The notes beneath the pieces were generated by a model. The model searched no databases. It was not told the origin of the DNA and saw only the letters and a list, made by a program, of their open reading frames with translations. Source: Nemertoderma westbladi (taxonomy: Eukaryota > Animalia > Xenacoelomorpha). Taken from it: a DNA stretch of 48,113 bases. Position numbers and translations under genes: made by a program. How positions within the stretch are numbered: position 1 is the first letter of the stretch; each line of letters starts with the position of its first letter. Shown one piece after another: positions 13,601 through 25,305 of the stretch. The DNA lies in NCBI GenBank assembly GCA_032718475.1, contig JAUCBJ010002732.1, positions 1 through 48,113 on the forward strand. Direction: 5' to 3'.

Positions 13601-16193
13601 AGAGGAGATTGATAAAACTGATACAATTTCTCATGAGATTGTTGACAAAACAGAGGACATTGATAAAACTGATACGATTTCTCCCGAGACTGTAGACAAA
13701 CCAGAGTGCAGTGATAAAACTGATTCAATTTCAAACGTACCTTTTGACAAACCAGAGGAAATTGAAAAAACTGATACGAGTTTACATGCGACTGTTGACA
13801 AACTGGAAGACATTGATAAAACTGTTTCGATATCACACGAGACTGGTGAAAAACCAGAGGACAGTGATAAAACTGATACTAATTCACACGAAACTGTTGG
13901 CAAACCAGAGGAGACTGATAAAACTGACACGATTTCACACGAGACTGTTGACAAACCAGAGCGCAGTGATAAAACTGTTTCGATTACACACGAGACTGTT
14001 GACAAACCAGAGGACAGTGATGAAACTGATATGATTTCACACGATACTATTGACAAACCAGAGTGCAGTGATAAAACTGTTTCGATTTCACACGAGACTG
14101 TTGACAAACCAGATGACAGTGATAAAATTCATACAATTTCACACGAGACTGTTGACAAACCAGAGCGCAGTGATAAAACTGTTTCGATTACACACGAGAC
14201 TGTTGACAAACCAGAGGACAGTGATGAAACTGATATGATTTCACACGATACTATTGACAAACCAGAGTGCAGTGATAAAACTGTTTCGATTTCACACGAG
14301 ACTGTTGACAAACCAGATGGCAGTGATAATATTCATACTATTTCACACGAGACTGTTGAAAAACCAGAGTGCAGTGATGTTTCAATTTCAAACGCGACTT
14401 TTGACAAACCAGAGGAAATTTACAAAACTGATACGGGTTTACACGAGACTGTTGACAAACTGGAAGTCATTGATAAAACTGTTTCGATTTCAGACGACAC
14501 TGTTGAAAAACCAGAGGACAGTGATAAAATTCATACTATTTCACACGAGACTGTTGACAAACTAGAGGAAATTGACAAAACTGATACGGGTTTACACGAG
14601 ACTGTTGACAAACTGGAAGACATTGATAAAACTGATACGATTTCACACGAGGCAGTTGAAATACTAGAGGATGTTGATGAAACTGGCACGCTTTCGCACG
14701 AGATTGTTGACAAACCAGAGGACATTGGAAAATCTGATATGATTTCACACGAGACTGTTGTCAAACCAAGGGGCATTTATAAAACCCATACAATTTCACA
14801 TGAGACTGTTGACAACCAAGATGACATTGATAAAATTGATGCGATTTCGCACACGACTGTTGACAAACCACATGACTTTAAAACAACTGATACAATTTCA
14901 TACGACACTGTTGACACTCCAGAGCTAATTGATAAAACTGATACGATTTCGCACGCGACTGTTGACAAACCTGACGACATTGATAAATCTGATACAATTT
15001 CACATGATACTTTTGATAAACAAGAGGCCAAACCGGAGGACATTGAAAATATGGATACAATTATACAAGAGGGCAAGGTTGTTGACAAAGCTGAGGATTT
15101 TGACAAACGGGAAATAGTTTCTGTTGGAAATGCTAACAAGCAAGATAAGATTAACACAGCGGGAGTAGGTTTATATGAATCTATCGACATACAGATTGCT
15201 GACAGGCAGGTTGAGTGTGAGTCACACAAGGAGCATTACTTACAAACACAGGCGAATGCCTGCAACAGTTCTTATAAAGAAATTAACGCAAACGGTAACC
15301 ATCATGGTAATATAGAGCCTCTTATCAATAATAATCACGGCATGGATAAAAATATTGACTATATTGAAAAACTGGAACTTATAGGTCAAATTGATCATGT
15401 TTATAATGAAGAGCAGCATACTGGCGAAAGTTACTGTGGTGACAAAATAAACGAATTCGGAAAACACAGCAATAAATTAACTCAATTAAATGCGAAGATA
15501 AATGTAGCCTCCCCGTATCAGAATAACATTGTTGATGATGAATTATCTTGTCATTTATTGACTAAAACCCCTAGAATTATTAATAACAAATCGCAAGAGG
15601 TTTTTGATCTTGAGTTACCACATTCATCTGGAACTACCCAAACTACAACCCCCGGGAAACCATGGTTAGAAATGGGCGCTATTAATTGGGAGGAGAAACA
15701 GGAATCAAACGAGTATTGTTGTGCAGAGCGAGGCTTCTGCGATTATCAATTCGCTGCCAGCATTATTGGCAATAATAAGGCGGCGCTGGCAGGACACCCG
15801 GTTGCTTTAGAAACTAGATTCCCTACTGACAATCTCCAGCCTTCAAATGATAATCATTATTGCTTTGATGAGGAATATTCAATAAATAGTGAATTTGAGC
15901 GAAACCGTTGTTACCTAGATTCTGGTTCTTTAGGCTTTAGTTCGTTAGTACCTGCCCTACCTCGAGTACCTACCCTACCTCGTGCTTATAGCTTTAATGC
16001 AATAAATTTTTGTAATTTGAATACCAGCTTTTATTGTTACGAGAATACACGAAACTACTTAGACTGCCCTCCATTTGAATTTGATATGGATAACGAACTG
16101 GGTCCCACTACAGAGCAGAATTTATCTGATGCCGAGTGTCCCCCTTATATGGTAGACGAGGAGGGAAGATTACTGCATCAAGGAGATAATGAG
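7656..16193 (+). CDS. Exon 1 of giant repeat / CAPON-like protein (2846 codons, mostly 17-aa acidic repeats)
   Basis: 8.5-kb uninterrupted ORF with non-repetitive open flanks of about 340 aa and 390 aa. Phase-0 donor GAG|gtacac at 16193/16194, followed by AT-rich sequence. Confidence 0.75.
8670..15010 (+). repeat. Coding 51-bp tandem repeat (about 120 units; 102-bp dimer ISHETVDKPEDIDETDT / ISHETVDKPECSDKTVS)
   Basis: Directly visible. The length variants I could see all keep the frame. Confidence 0.97.
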
Positions 16194-16506
16194 GTACACA
16201 CACTACTGTACAATAATTTGTCTTTATTATTAAAATTTATTTAAAGAAAAATAACTAATAAATTTATTTCTACTCTTTATTTAACCCGTAGGCATTTTAA
16301 AAGCATGTCATTATTAATGACCAAGTAAAAAACTTACTGAATACATCACCTAAACTACTCACTAATTGTAATAAATGATAAGCCAAAATATAGAAAAAAA
16401 TCACCAAAAGAATGGATAAATATCCAGAAAATACTGAAACCATCACAAAAGAGTCTGTCTACGTCCACCTTACAGTTTCACTTTTGTACATGCACTATCT
16501 GCCTAA

Positions 16507-16813
16507 AGGCCCGTTCACATCCAACGGAACGGTACACCGCGCGGTGTACCGCAGGGCCAGCGGTACACCGCTGAGTGTGAACGACCTAACAGGTAGTTGT
16601 GCGCTAAACCGCGCGGTTTACCGCAGCCCATTTAAACAATGTTAAATCAATTAAGGTAATTTCCTGTTGAATTCACAGTCGACAGATAGACAATCAGTTA
16701 CCGCAACGGTACCGTTGGGTGTGAACGGGCTCCGCGTAATGTACCGCTGGCTTACCGCTTCAATACCGCCAGACTACTTTACCGCTCACACACCGTTGAA
16801 TGTGAACGGGGCT
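16507..16813. mobile_element. PIF/Harbinger-type MITE (307 bp) in intron 1
   Basis: TIR aggcccgttcacatccaacgg / ccgttgaatgtgaacggggct (2 mismatches). TAA on both sides (16504-16506, 16814-16816). Confidence 0.85.
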
Positions 16814-16975
16814 TAACGTGTCCTCCTTCGAACATACATTACTTCCTACCTAACGTGTCCTCCTTCGTCGACCGACATCATTAGACTTACGATACATTAT
16901 AAACATATACTATACGAGATAAACATTATATTCTCGCTAAATTTCATAAATACTATGTACGTATTATTTTTGCAG

Positions 16976-17189
16976 CAAATTATTGTCTACGAGAATGGTG
17001 AAACAACGCCCATGTCACCCACCAAGCAGGTGGACACACAGACTGAAGGGGCGTCCCCTATATGGACCCGTAGAGATGACGTCACTCCCAGTGAGATAGA
17101 CTCCAGAAGGGGCTGCCAGTCCACCAGTGAATCGCCTCGACGCCTATTGGATAACACTCATAGGGTGCAGCGCTCAAAGACAACCAATG
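16976..17189 (+). CDS. Exon 2 of giant repeat / CAPON-like protein (QIIVYENG...RSKTTN)
   Basis: Acceptor tatttttgcag at 16975 (phase 0) and donor G|gtagtt at 17190 (phase 1). Open and GC-richer than flanks; phases match exons 1 and 3. Confidence 0.75.
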
Positions 17190-17659
17190 GTAGTTTTTTC
17201 GAGACAGGGGAGAAACTGGACGCAAATACCATGTGGGATTTGGGATTAAGGAATTTGGGAATAAGGGATTTGGGAATAAGGTATTTGGGATTTGGGAATA
17301 AGGTATTTGGGATATGGGAATAAGGTATTTGGGATTTGGGATTAAGGTATTTGGGAATATGGAATTTGGGATCTGCCATTACATTAGTGATTATCAGTAT
17401 TTATTTGTTGATCGGCCATTATTGGTTGGTTGACTGAAGAAGATACGCAATGCGTATCTCATTATGCCTCATAATAGCCCCTCGTCAACAAGTCAACCCC
17501 ATCGACTAACGGCACTGGCTGTTTCCGCTGACGGGGTTCAGTTGAACAGCGCGTCCCTTTGGGATCTGGGAATATGAAATTTGGGATTTGGAAATAATGA
17601 ATTTGAGTAAATCATTTGGGCTTTGGAAATAGGGAATTTGGGATTTTTAATCTGTAAAT

Positions 17660-18860
17660 AAAACGTATTACAAGTTTATGCAGGTTAGTAAAGGAGCAGG
17701 CTATAGAGCCGGGTAGATAGAACCCAAACAATAAACAATAGTTAACACATGTTACAAGATTATGCAGGTTAGTATTAGTAAAGGAGCAGGCTATAGAGGA
17801 GGGTAGGTAGAACCAAAACAATAAACGATACATGTTAAAAGATTATGCAGGTTAGTAAAGGAGCAGGCTATAGAGGCGGGTAGAAAAACCAAAACAATAA
17901 ACGATAGTTAACACATGTTACAAGATTATGCAGGTTAGTAAAGGAGCAGGTTATATAGGCGGGTAATTAGAACCAAAACAATAAACGATAGTTAACACAT
18001 GTTACAAGATTATGCAGGTTAGTAAAGGAGCAGGTTATAGAGGAGGGTAGATAGAACCAAAACAATAAACGATAGTTAACACATGTTACAAGATTATACA
18101 GGTTAGTAAAGGAGCAGGCTATAGAGGAGGGTAGATAGAACCAAAACAATTAACGATAGTTAACACATGTTATAAGATCATGCAGGTTAGTAAAGGAGCA
18201 GGTTAAAGATGAGGGTAGATAGAACCAAAACAATTAACGATAGTTAACACATGTTATAAGATCATGCAGGTTAGTAAAGGAGCAGGTTAAAGAGGAGGGT
18301 AGATAGAACCAAAACAATTAACGATAGTTAACACATGTTATAAGATCATGCAGGTTAGTAAAGGAGCAGGTTAAAGAGTAGGGTAGATAGAACCAAAACA
18401 ATAAACGATAGTTAACACATGTTAAAAGATTATACAGGTTAGTAAAGGAGCAGGTTATAGAGGAGGGTAGACAGAACCAAAACAATAAACGATAGTTAAC
18501 ACATGTTACAAGATTATGCAGGTTAGTAAAGGGGCAGGCTATGGAGGAGGGTAGGTAGAACCAAAACAATAAACGATAGTTAACACATGTTAAAAGATCA
18601 TGCAGGTTAGTAAAGGAGCAGGTTAAAGAGGAGGGTAGATAGAACCAAAACAATTAACGATAGTTAACACATGTTATAAGATCATGCAGGTTAGTAAAGG
18701 AGCAGGTTAAAGAGGAGGGTAGATAGAACCAAAACAATTAACGATAGTTAACACATGTTATAAGATTATACAGGTTAGTAAAGGATCAGGCTATAGAGGA
18801 GGGTAGATAGAACCAAAACAATAAACGATAGTTAACACATGTTACAAGATTATGCAGGCT
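17660..18860 (+). repeat. 84-bp tandem array, about 14 copies
   Basis: aaaggagcagg recurs at 17940, 18024 and 18108 (period 84). Confidence 0.95.
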
Positions 18861-18954
18861 AGTCGGTGGGGTTGACTTGTTGACAAGAGGCTATTATGAG
18901 TCGTAATGAGATACGCATTGCGTATCTTCTTCGTTGAACCAATAATGGCAGATT

Positions 18955-20085
18955 CTAAATTTCTTATTCCCAAATTCCAAATACATTCCTTATTCCCAAA
19001 TCACAAATACCTTAATCCCAAATCCCAAATACCTTATTCCCAAATCCCAAATACCTTATTCCCAAATCCCAAATACCTTATTCCCAAATCCCAAATACAT
19101 TAATCCATGTGAATCCATGTTATCTATGTGAATAAATGAGACTTAAAGAGTTAAAAAAAAAAATACATTAATCCCAAATACCTTATTCCCAAATCCCAAA
19201 TACCTTATTCCCAAATCCCAAATACCTTATTCCCAAATCCCAAATACCTTATTCCCAAATCCCAAATACCTTATTCCCAAATCCCAAATACCTTATTCCC
19301 AAATCCCAAATACCTTGTTCCCAAATCCAAAATACCTTATTCCCAAATCCCAAATACCTTATTCCCAAATCCCAAATACCTTATTCCCAAATCCCAAATA
19401 CCTTAATCCCAAATCCCAAATACCTTATTCCCAAATTCCAAATACCTTATTCCCAAATCACAAATCCCTTAATCCCAAATACCTTATTCCCAAATCCCAA
19501 ATACCTTATTCCCAAATCTCAAATACCTTAATCCCAAATACCTTATTCCCAAATCCCAAATACATTAATCCCAAATACCTTATTCCCAAATCCCAAATAC
19601 CTTATTCCCAAATACCTTATTCCCAAATCCCAAATACCTTATTTCCAAATCCCAAATACCTTATTCCCAAATCCCAAATACCTTATTCCCAAATCCCAAA
19701 TACCTTATTCCCAAATCCCAAATACCTTATTCCCAAATCCCAAATACCTTATTCCCAAATCCCAAATACCTTATTCCCAAATCCCAAATACCTTAATCCC
19801 AAATACCTTATTCCCAAATTCCAAATACCTTATTCCCAAATCACAAATCCCTTAATCCCAAATACCTTATTCCCAAATCCCAAGTACCTTATTCCCAAAT
19901 CCCAAATACCTTAATCCCAAATCCCAAATACCTTATTCCCAAATCCCAAATACATTAATCCCAAATACCTTATTCCCAAATCCCAAATACCTTATTACCA
20001 AATCCCAAATACCTTATTCCCAAATCCCAAATACCTTATTCCCAAATCCCTTAATCCCAAATACCTTATTCCCAAATCCCAAATT
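18955..20085 (+). repeat. 22-bp minisatellite (ataccttattcccaaatcccaa)n, right arm of the foldback element
   Basis: Directly visible. Reverse-complement copies lie at 17235-17370 and 17558-17645. Confidence 0.95.
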
Positions 20086-20412
20086 CACCATTTCTGGGAT
20101 TTGCGTCCAGTTTCCCCTGGTGAGATATTTTTCTGTGTGTGTCCATCCCCCCCCCCCCCCCCCCCCCCCCCTATCTGTTTTTTTCTGTTTCAATGTTTAC
20201 TGGACCCATTTCTGAAATCGTTTCTATATTTCAGTATTTATTGTTATTTATCAATATAATTATTTTATAAATTCAATTATTATTTTTATTAAACATGTTT
20301 CTAGATCCACATCGACACAATTATTATGTACACCACTACTTTCATATAAAAGTTTACGATACCGTATATTATATCAGTGTAGCTGTATTTTAATGTTTAT
20401 GTTATATTTCAG

Positions 20413-20561
20413 ATTTCTTTGCCGTGAGCCAACATTTTCAGGTGCAATTACTGCAACAACAAGTTCGCCAGCAGCAGCAGCAGACGCAGGTAGCGATGGC
20501 CCAAATACAACTCCTTAAAGAGCAAGTAGACGCTGAAACAAGGACTCGGTTAGAAGCCCAG
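20413..20561 (+). CDS. NOS1AP: Exon 3, CAPON/NOS1AP-like coiled coil ([50 protein letters not shown])
   Basis: Acceptor tatttcag at 20412 and donor CAG|gtcaga at 20562. My translation matches the NOS1AP motif [37 protein letters not shown]. Not in the ORF track. Confidence 0.85.
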
Positions 20562-20580
20562 GTCAGATTCATTACTATAA

Positions 20581-21437
20581 GGGGTCATCCATAAAAGACG
20601 TCCGAGCTAGAGGGGGGGGGAGGGGGGTCGGCCAAATCCGGACATTTACGGACAGGGGGGGGGGGGGGTGTAGCAAAATTCGGACGTCTGTTTTTAAATT
20701 TTTTATTGTCAACTTTGCAGCCCATATGGCCAAATGTAGTCTAAACTTAACTTTGGGATGGGCACCTAGGCCCCGCATATTTAAAGTGAAAGTAAACGTT
20801 TGGCTAGGTGTCACAGACGATGCTATTAAGGTCAGCTTTAGATGTCTATCAAACACACTAACTCCCCGGGGCACTGCTTAAGAACAGCCGGAGGTTAATT
20901 TTCGCGAGAGTTATATTTGGATATTTTAATGAAATATTATCGTATTACTATTAATCGTGTAATGCTTATGCTGTAGGTCCAGTGAGGCGAATCGTCACCG
21001 GCGAGGCAAGTCTGTTGGTTTGATATTATTATTTATTTAATATTGCTAATTTTAATTGTGGCTTCAAGTTTCAGAATCTGGGGAGACGGCCAACCTAACC
21101 CTTGATGGGTGTACCTGTACACTGTACAGTATACGTGAAGTTTATCATGTATTACAATGTATTAAGCCTGTACCGTAACGCTATATTATACTGGCTAATA
21201 AGTAGTTTCAGTTTGATAATGTACTGGTCAGTACTGCGGTCCCCTATTCTTTACTAGTGCCCACTCCCGGCAAGCCTAAGGCTGCACGATAAATAGGCTA
21301 CCGGTAAATAGGCTAAAATTCGGACGTCCGAATAGGGGGGAGGGGGGGGGGGTCAAAAACCGGACATTCGCGGACAGGGGGGAGGGGGGGTCCAAAAATT
21401 CGGGATCGAGACTCGGACGTCTTTTATGGATGACCCC
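20581..21437. mobile_element. PIF/Harbinger-type MITE (857 bp) in intron 3
   Basis: TIR ggggtcatccataaaagacgtccgag / ctcggacgtcttttatggatgacccc. TAA TSD (20578-20580, 21438-21440). Subterminal cggac + poly-G repeats. Confidence 0.9.
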
Positions 21438-22219
21438 TAACAACAAACTGAAAGTATTTAAAAACCCAAAATTGTGCGAGCTGTCTGTTTCCAACAAATT
21501 TTTATAAATTCCCTTACATGACCTCCTGTAGTAGTCCATATCCCTTACACAATGACTAAAGTGTATACAGTAGGCTATATCGACAGACAAGAACCAAAGC
21601 CTTAATTATGGTGGATAAAAAAAGAAACTAACCACGACAGTTACCCGGTCATGTCCCTTAACATTTATAGCAGTTATTGAATGTGCTTGTTGGCTGTTTT
21701 AGATTTTACACCCATAAGTCGAGGCAAATATAGTAATTGAATAAAATTGCGCAGGAGTAACAATTAAATTATAACGTGTTATTATACGTGTTATTATAGT
21801 TATTGTTACCGTGATACGCATCCCTAAAGATGGTACAGAGTACATACAATTGGTACGACATACGAGCTAGCACAACGGAATATACAATGTAAACAAGTGA
21901 ATATATGACGTGTAAATAGATGGGTCTCTATTATACGTAATTGAATATTTAAGAGGTAGCAATATACTGTAAAATAAAGAAAATAAATAAATAAATATAA
22001 AAAAAATATACTGTCATTAATTTCTTGCACATTAAATCCAACAACATCACCTGACTCGAAACGTATGTCTGTCAGTTCCTTTAAAAATATAACCTTCCAT
22101 TCACCATCTATTCGCTTGACACAATATTATACGTAGTATGTTATATATGTTCTCTGTACATATGTTATTGTACACCGAACAACATATGTTAATAAAGAAG
22201 ACTTTGCTTACGCTTACAG

Positions 22220-22378
22220 GATCGCATTAACCAGCTGTTGATACAGAACGGGGCTTTACTACGTCACGTCCAGGGTTTGGTGTCGCAAGTACAGAATCTC
22301 GAACTGGTAACAGAAGGGGAATTCACTCCCGCCGATGAAATACTCAAACAACCCAAATACAAATCCAAAAATAGCTAA
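22220..22378 (+). CDS. NOS1AP: Exon 4 (probably terminal), CAPON/NOS1AP-like (DRINQLLIQNGALLRHVQGLVSQVQNLEL...KSKNS*)
   Basis: Acceptor cttacag at 22219, phase 0. Continues the NOS1AP motif ARVHQLLLQNKDMLQHISLLVKQVQELEL. Stop at 22376-22378 and AATAAA near 22529. An internal donor (ctg|gtaaca, ~22307) cannot be excluded. Confidence 0.8.
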   Translation, partial: DRINQLLIQNGALLRHVQGLVSQVQNLELVTEGEFTPADEILKQPKYKSKNS

Positions 22379-22807
22379 TTTCAATAACTTTATAATTATA
22401 CATAGTACTTAATACTGATTCCCTAAAACTTTCTGACAGACAGAGTCAGACACTGTTTCTACCCCACTATATTTGACACTTTGTACGGGGCGGGCCTCAT
22501 GTAGTGATTAAAGGTATTTGGCATATAAAATAAAGTGTATAATTTTGTGCTCTCTAGTGGTATACAAATACTGTACGTTATAGTGGTATAGAAGTAAGAA
22601 CCCACCAATAATCTGCAATCAATATTCTCGCGATAATAATTTCATAATTTGACAACTGTTTTTTAGGCTGCAGTGGCTAATAACACCATCACTCCCATTA
22701 AATATGGGGAAATTAAATTCTTACAAATCGATATTAATATTACGATGTTAAACAGTCTTAGGAGTACTAAACAATCTTTAATTCGATTTTATTCAATTTT
22801 CGATACA

Positions 22808-23771
22808 TTTTCGGTGGTTGGCTCTCGGCCCAACCATCACAAATAGACCACACCGACCTAGACCCGCAGGTCATTCCGCAATAACCTCGCCCTGCGGTAC
22901 GGCCTCGCACCCCCTGACCTTCCCACTAACTGCGAGGGCTGTGGCGAGCCATTTGATACGGCACACGCCCTCAGCTGCAAGGTCGGGGGCTGGTCATTCG
23001 TCGCCACAACGAGATCCGGGACGTCTTCGGTGACCTACTGGCGGGGGCCTTCGGTTCGAACAATGTCGAAAGGGAGGTCACCCTGTCTGGAGGTCACCTG
23101 GACTCCCAGGGGCATGAGGTCGAGGGGGTGAGGGCTGATCTGGTCTCACGGGGTGTTTGGGCGAACCAGGTTGTGGCGTCTTTCGACGTCTCGATTATAA
23201 ATCTTGACGCCACTTCCTACGTTCGCTCCAACAGCTCCGCTGAGACCTTACTCGCCCAGAGGGAGCGGGTCAAACGCGTCCACTACCAGGAGGCCTGCGA
23301 AACACGCAGGATGCACTTCACACCGCTGTGTGTTCCACTGATGGAGTTTGGGGTGCGGAGGCGGCGGTCTTCATCCTTCACCTTGCTGAGACTCTGCAGT
23401 CTAAGCAGGTCGGTATGAGGCAGCGTGGGTTGGGGGTGGTGCTTGGTGCGGTGAGGCGACGACTGCAGTTCGGTCACCTTCGGGCGACCTCTCTGTGCCT
23501 GAGGGGTGGGAGGAGGCCTTGGCGTGATCTCGGGTTTGGGGATGGGGCGGGGATCCGGTGGATAGACCAGGACATGTACTAGGGGGGAGGGGGGGGGGTT
23601 GCTATTGTTGTCGTTCTTCGGGGGGAATGGGCAAGACTATTATTTAATATTGTATAACCCGGTTTACTTATTGTCAGTTATCGGTTGAGTTTGGTGAACT
23701 GTAGTTTTAAACGCTCAATTAATGTTAATATAAATTCATTACATAATTACAGTAAGTTAAATAAAAAAAAA
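22808..23771 (+). mobile_element. 5'-truncated, frameshifted non-LTR retrotransposon with restriction-like endonuclease (CRE-like clade)
   Basis: Joining frames gives LALRYG..P..CEGCGEPFDTAHALSCKVGG/LVIRRHNEIRD...RADLVSRGVW...FDV...FTPLC/STDG...LRATSLCLRG, i.e. a CCHC finger plus RLE. A-rich tail at 23761-23771. TSD tttcgataca at 22798-22807 and 23772-23781. Confidence 0.9.
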
Positions 23772-23849
23772 TTTCGATACAATATTATATATATCATATT
23801 CATTAACTAATGAAATAAAACCGCCCTAATATTATATAAAATAACTATT

Positions 23850-25167
23850 TACATCATTGTGTGCAAAGTAGCACTTTGCACCGTTATGACCCGAGTTTAT
23901 TTATGTACCGAGCGAGCGCAGCGAGGGAGGTTTACATAAATAAACAAGGGTCTTTAACGCTGTAAAGTGACTTTTGCAAGCAATGATGTATGTAATTTTG
24001 TTACATTATGTCAACTTATCAGCGTTCGGTATGTGAAGAAAGGATTTTATGGATACTCATTTATACATTTTAATCATGTACTATATCGAATATAAGTGAA
24101 ATTTATTAACAGGTACACGGTATATACATTTAAATCTAATTAAAGTTTATTGTTGTTATCTCCTGCATGGATGTGATAAATCTTTGATCCATCGTCGACT
24201 GAAACAAACTGGCCATCGTCTGTGTCCGTTCAGTTTTACTGAACACTGTTGCCATTTCTTTGTTCATTGTCTATAAAATGTCTTCTATTGAACGTTTCGA
24301 TAGAATGGAATGCAGTACACGTTAAAAAATTATTTACATACAGTAGCTAGTCCCGTCACTGCAAACTGGACGCACACATTATGCAAACACGTGCTGCTTT
24401 ATTGAATAAAGAAGCACCCATTAATATAAATGGAAATAATACATTCTGGAAACACATTTACATTTATTTATTATGTATACTGTATTACATTTACATTTAT
24501 TTATTATGTATACTGTATTACATTTACATTTATTTATTATATATATTACATTTATTTATTATGTATACTGTATTACATTTACATTTATTTATTATGTATA
24601 CTGTATTACATTTACATTTATTTATTATATATATTACATTTATTTATTATGTATACTGTATTACATTTACATTTATTTATTATTATACTGTATTACATTA
24701 CATTTATTTATTATGTATACTGTATTACATTTACATTTATTTATTATGTATACTGTATTACATTTACATTTATTTATTATACTGTATTACATTACATTTA
24801 TTTATTATGTATACTGTATTACATTTACATTTATTTATTATGTATACTGTATTACATTTACATTTATTTATTATATATATTACATTTATTTATTATGTAT
24901 ACTGTATTACATTTACATTTATTTATTATGTATACTGTATTACATATACATTTATTTATTATATATACTGTATTACATTTACATTTATTTATTATGTATA
25001 CTGTATTACATTTACATTTATTTACATTTTACATTCTTTAAGTTGTTTCCATGTTATTGATTACTTTGCAGCGTCCCGTCGTATAGGCCGCAACGCAGCA
25101 AAGTAGTACTTTGCAGCGTTGCGAGTATTTCACCAGAACGCTGTTAAGTTGACCTAATGTAACAAAA
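23850..25167. mobile_element. Unclassified non-autonomous element: 140-bp hairpin plus asymmetric inverted repeat enclosing an AT-rich minisatellite
   Basis: Hairpin at 23850-23990. IR ttttgttacattatgtcaacttatcagcgttc (23996-24027) pairs with 25135-25167. Confidence 0.55.
24453..25035 (+). repeat. AT-rich minisatellite, about 33-bp unit (tttacatttatttattatgtatactgtattaca)
   Basis: Directly visible, with length variants. Confidence 0.95.
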
Positions 25168-25168
25168 G

Positions 25169-25305
25169 TTTTTTTGTTCGGCCATTTAGCCTCCATTTAA
25201 GGATGAAAGGCAGAGATGGGCCTTGGCTAGATTCTTTAAAGCATTTGTAAACGAAAAAAATTGTCTTGGCCCCCATGCGGGGATAAAACCCCCGACCTCC
25301 GGAGA
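25169..25305 (-). mobile_element. tRNA-derived SINE, degraded copy
   Basis: Shares catttaaggatg.aaggca.agatg and tgtcttggccc..atgcggga....a.cc.cgacctcc with the copy at 28611-28767. The T-run at the left end would be the A-tail. Confidence 0.6.

Larger units (their letters stand above)
17205..20119. mobile_element. Foldback-like element (2.9 kb) with 22-bp tandem arms and a central 84-bp array
   Basis: TIR cagggg(ag)aaactggacgcaaat / atttgcgtccagtttcccctg. Arms are (ttgggatttgggaataaggtat)n on the left and the reverse complement on the right. Inner IR at ~17436-17508 / ~18860-18932. No clean TSD. Confidence 0.8.

Noticed and set aside
16194-16244. ORF-track C-terminus VHTLLYNNLSLLLKFI of the 2862-aa ORF
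   Set aside because: Probably intron read-through past the GAG|gtacac donor. It remains possible as an unspliced isoform.
17190-17379. ORF extension (WDLGLRNLGIRDLG...) and its antisense ORF
   Set aside because: These translate the foldback TIR and 22-mer arm.
24381-25106. Three overlapping 195-241 aa Y/I/L-rich ORFs
   Set aside because: The AT minisatellite is open in all three frames and shows no coding signal.
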